Origin: a virus
Direction: 5' to 3' (one strand)
Virus record (IMG/VR): IMGVR_UViG_3300036826_000588
Coordinates: 25,828 to 89,827 of that record
Length of the DNA: 64,000 nucleotides
Every line of letters begins with the position of its first letter. Positions within the stretch are counted from its first letter, which is position 1. Under the pieces are notes generated by a model, which saw nothing but the letters and a program-made list of their open reading frames with translations, was not told the origin of the DNA and did no database searches. The position numbers and the translations under genes are program-made. Shown in pieces: positions 61,508 to 64,000 of the stretch.

Positions 61508-61885
61508 TCAGGCCCCCTGCCCGCTCGCGCTGACGGGGCTCGCCGGCCTCCTGGCCCTCGGCGCACGGCCACGCCCGCGGCCGTTGCTCGACGGCTCGCC
61601 CTCGGCGCGCGGCTTCCGGGTGGCCCGCGGTCGGGCGGTGCGCCCCATGAGGGCGTCCTGGATGTCGTTCTGGGTCCGGAAGGCGGTGGTCACGGCGTCG
61701 GTCGCCTCCTGGAGCTTCGCCCGCGCCTCGGCGACGAGCCGTGCCGCGGCCTGCTCGGCCTCGGTGACGGCGAGGTCCGCGCTGCGCTTGCGGTGGATCG
61801 CCGCGTTGACCGCCTGCTGTGCCGCCTCCAGGTCGGTGAGCGACGGCCCGGCGTTCGGCGGGGTTGCCTCGATCTCTTCGGTCAT
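61508..61885 (-). CDS. coiled-coil protein with basic tail
   Basis: Helical N-terminus, Arg-rich C-terminus, GGAGG RBS. Confidence 0.55.
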   Translation of the reverse strand: MTEEIEATPPNAGPSLTDLEAAQQAVNAAIHRKRSADLAVTEAEQAAARLVAEARAKLQEATDAVTTAFRTQNDIQDALMGRTARPRATRKPRAEGEPSSNGRGRGRAPRARRPASPVSASGQGA

Positions 61886-61956
61886 GCAGAACCCTCCTGG
61901 TCGTGAAGTTGGACGGGAGAACACCCCGGGCACCCCTTGTCCGGCGCCCGGGGGTA

Positions 61957-62661
61957 TCAGCGCGGCTCGGCCGTAGCCGAAAGCTCATCGGCCCGCTGGG
62001 GCCGGTAGCGCAGCAACGCGATGTCGCCGATGGAGCGAGCCTCGACCAGCTCCATCCGGTGCAGCGCATCCTGCGGGAATGCCGTGGCGTTCACGAACCG
62101 CGGCGCGTTGGCGTCACCCACGAAGAACGGAGCGACCGCCAGTTGAATCTCGTCCGCCAGGCCGAGCGCCAGGAACTGGGTGTGAATCTGGCCGCCACCC
62201 TCGACCATGAGCCGGCGCACGCCGCGGACGCCAAGGTTGTCGAGCATGGCGGGGAAGTTCACCCGCGCGCCCAGCCCGACCACCTCGGCGAGCTCCTTGA
62301 GCCGCTCTTGCAGCATCGGCACCGCCGAGGACGGGCAGTAGACCACCTTGTGGCCGCCGTGGTGCCAGAACTTCAGGTCTGGACTCATGGCCGCGGAGGC
62401 CGTCACGGTCACCTTCAGCGGGAAGGCCGGCAGTCCGCGGGCGATTCGCGCGGCGCGCCGGTCCTCGGAGTTGACCAGCAGCCGAGGGTTGTCGCGGCGG
62501 AGCGTCGTGGCGCCGATCAGGATGGCGTCGCTCCGCGCGCGCTCCGCGTCGACGCGGTCGAAGTCGGCCTTGTTCGAGAGCAGCAGGCGCTCCGGCGAGG
62601 TGTCGTCGATGTAGCCGTCCACCGACATCGCGCAGCTCAGCACGACGTACGGCCGGCTCAC
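61957..62661 (-). CDS. RibD C-terminal reductase/DHFR-fold protein
   Basis: PYVVLSCAMSVDGYI, DAILIGATT.RRDNPRL, LMVEGG. Confidence 0.9.
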   Translation of the reverse strand: MSRPYVVLSCAMSVDGYIDDTSPERLLLSNKADFDRVDAERARSDAILIGATTLRRDNPRLLVNSEDRRAARIARGLPAFPLKVTVTASAAMSPDLKFWHHGGHKVVYCPSSAVPMLQERLKELAEVVGLGARVNFPAMLDNLGVRGVRRLMVEGGGQIHTQFLALGLADEIQLAVAPFFVGDANAPRFVNATAFPQDALHRMELVEARSIGDIALLRYRPQRADELSATAEPR

Positions 62662-63878
62662 GAAGCCACCTCGGCGATCTGGGAGTGGAACTCGCGGACC
62701 ATCGGCACAGCCCTCCAGTCGTTCAGGGCCGCGGCGAGGCGCGACAGCTCGTTGGCGATGCGTCCGGACTGCGTCTCGACAGCGATCGCCAGCGCCTGGG
62801 CTCCCACCTGCGCGGCCTGTTCGGGTTCGCGGCTGCCAGCGTGGGCGAGCGCTTCGCGTGCGAGGTAGACCCCGCGGTCGCGGCGGAACGTGGGCGGGAG
62901 ATCACGGATGGCGTCTTGGAAGAGGCCGATCCCGCGCTTGGGCACGCCCAGCCAGGTGAAGCACTGCGCGCGGTGGACGTCCACGTAGCCGGTGTCGAGC
63001 CACGGGGCCCACCGCCCGTTCGGGTCCCGGTCCATGGTCGCCAGCAGCTCCTGCGCATCGTTGAGCGTGCGTAGGCACTCGGTGTTCCGGCCGGCGAGCG
63101 CTTCCCCCTGGGCGCCGTAGGTGAGCGCCAGGGCATGGAGCGTGGATCTGGCCTGAGCGAGGTGGCGAGCGGCCGCAGCGCAGTCGATCGCCGTCATCGC
63201 GTCGCCGAGCTCGCCCGCGAGCTGGCTCTTGCGGGCGAGGACGTACGTAGCCATCTCGGTGTCGCCGACGGCGTGCGCCCACTCCAGGGCGCGATCCAGC
63301 CAGCGCTTGGCCGCCTCGGTGTCTCCAGCGTCCTGGTAGAGCCAGGACGCGAACTCGGCGAACCTTCCGCGCATCCGCAACAGCTCGACGTTGTCGGCGC
63401 CGCTCCGGCTCGCTCGCAGGTGCTGGATCAGCTCGATGTGCTGCACCACCTGCGGGATCGCGTGGTGCGGGCCGAGGAGGTTGTCCGCGTCCACGAGGAC
63501 CGCCCGGACGCGAGCGAGGTGCTCGATCGGGTTGATGTCGCGGAACTGGACCACCTTCGACCCCGCCGCCTGAACGGCCGGAAGCAGGTGCTGAACGGGA
63601 GCGAGCGCCCCCGCGGCGGCGATGGTGCCAGCGGCGCGAAGGAAGTCGCGCCGGTTCACAGGGCCACCTTCGTCGGAGACGCCCATGAGCCAGTCGCGCG
63701 TGACGCTGAGCGCCTCGGCCAGGATCGGTACGTGGCGCTCGTGGACGACGGCCGAGCCGCGGCCGCTCTCGATTCGCCTGAGCCATTCGATGGACATCCC
63801 GCAGGCGTCAGCGATGACGCGCTGGGACTTCCCGCTCTTGTCTCGTGCGAGTCGGATCCTTGCGCCGATGTGGTCCAT
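62658..63878 (-). CDS. XRE-family HTH regulator with TPR-like C-terminus
   Basis: IGARIRLAR...SQRVIA...LRRIESG; VNRRDFL. Confidence 0.85.
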   Translation of the reverse strand: MDHIGARIRLARDKSGKSQRVIADACGMSIEWLRRIESGRGSAVVHERHVPILAEALSVTRDWLMGVSDEGGPVNRRDFLRAAGTIAAAGALAPVQHLLPAVQAAGSKVVQFRDINPIEHLARVRAVLVDADNLLGPHHAIPQVVQHIELIQHLRASRSGADNVELLRMRGRFAEFASWLYQDAGDTEAAKRWLDRALEWAHAVGDTEMATYVLARKSQLAGELGDAMTAIDCAAAARHLAQARSTLHALALTYGAQGEALAGRNTECLRTLNDAQELLATMDRDPNGRWAPWLDTGYVDVHRAQCFTWLGVPKRGIGLFQDAIRDLPPTFRRDRGVYLAREALAHAGSREPEQAAQVGAQALAIAVETQSGRIANELSRLAAALNDWRAVPMVREFHSQIAEVAS

Positions 63879-63930
63879 CTACGGCAGGTGTGACTCATTC
63901 GGGGCGCAGCCTACGGGCCCATGCTCCCGA

Positions 63931-63966
63931 CGACCGGTCAAAAGTGACCGGTCGTTTGACCGGTCG
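63931..63966. promoter_or_regulatory. operator-like triple palindrome
   Basis: Three copies of GACCGGTC just upstream of the XRE gene. Confidence 0.55.
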
Positions 63967-64000
63967 GGGTGTGCGGGCCAAAAAAAACACGACCCAAGTT

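Overview
A high-GC (about 70% by eye) segment of a large tailed phage or phage-plasmid. A Terrabacteria host such as Dormibacterota, Chloroflexota or Actinomycetota is inferred from the class F sortase, the leaderless promoters and the Ssb style. 1-16 kb is a packaging/head module: a TerS-like gene, a large terminase split into separate ATPase (5724-6572) and nuclease (10856-11827) genes 4.3 kb apart, a portal, and a MuF-like head protein carrying a 2H phosphoesterase. 16-21 kb is surface and regulatory cargo: a sortase with an LPDTG substrate, and an ECF sigma factor with a putative anti-sigma. 21.3-33.3 kb is an array of about 34 tRNA or tRNA-like genes (19 amino acids, no His found, many non-canonical), interleaved with small ORFs and unexplained structured RNAs. 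34.5-39.7 kb holds a ParB-like gene and Ro60/TROVE with an adjacent Y RNA candidate. 43.7-45.0 kb is a promoter-driven array of about 10 structured RNA modules with no credible protein gene, including an 80-nt tmRNA reduced to its tRNA-like domain. 45-64 kb is a minus-strand arm with a Cre-like recombinase and a lox-like palindrome, NADAR, NYN, dnaN, ssb, a replication initiator with iterons, RibD and an XRE-TPR regulator. No major capsid gene was recognised. All RNA structures were folded by eye and all protein calls rest on recognised motifs, not database searches.
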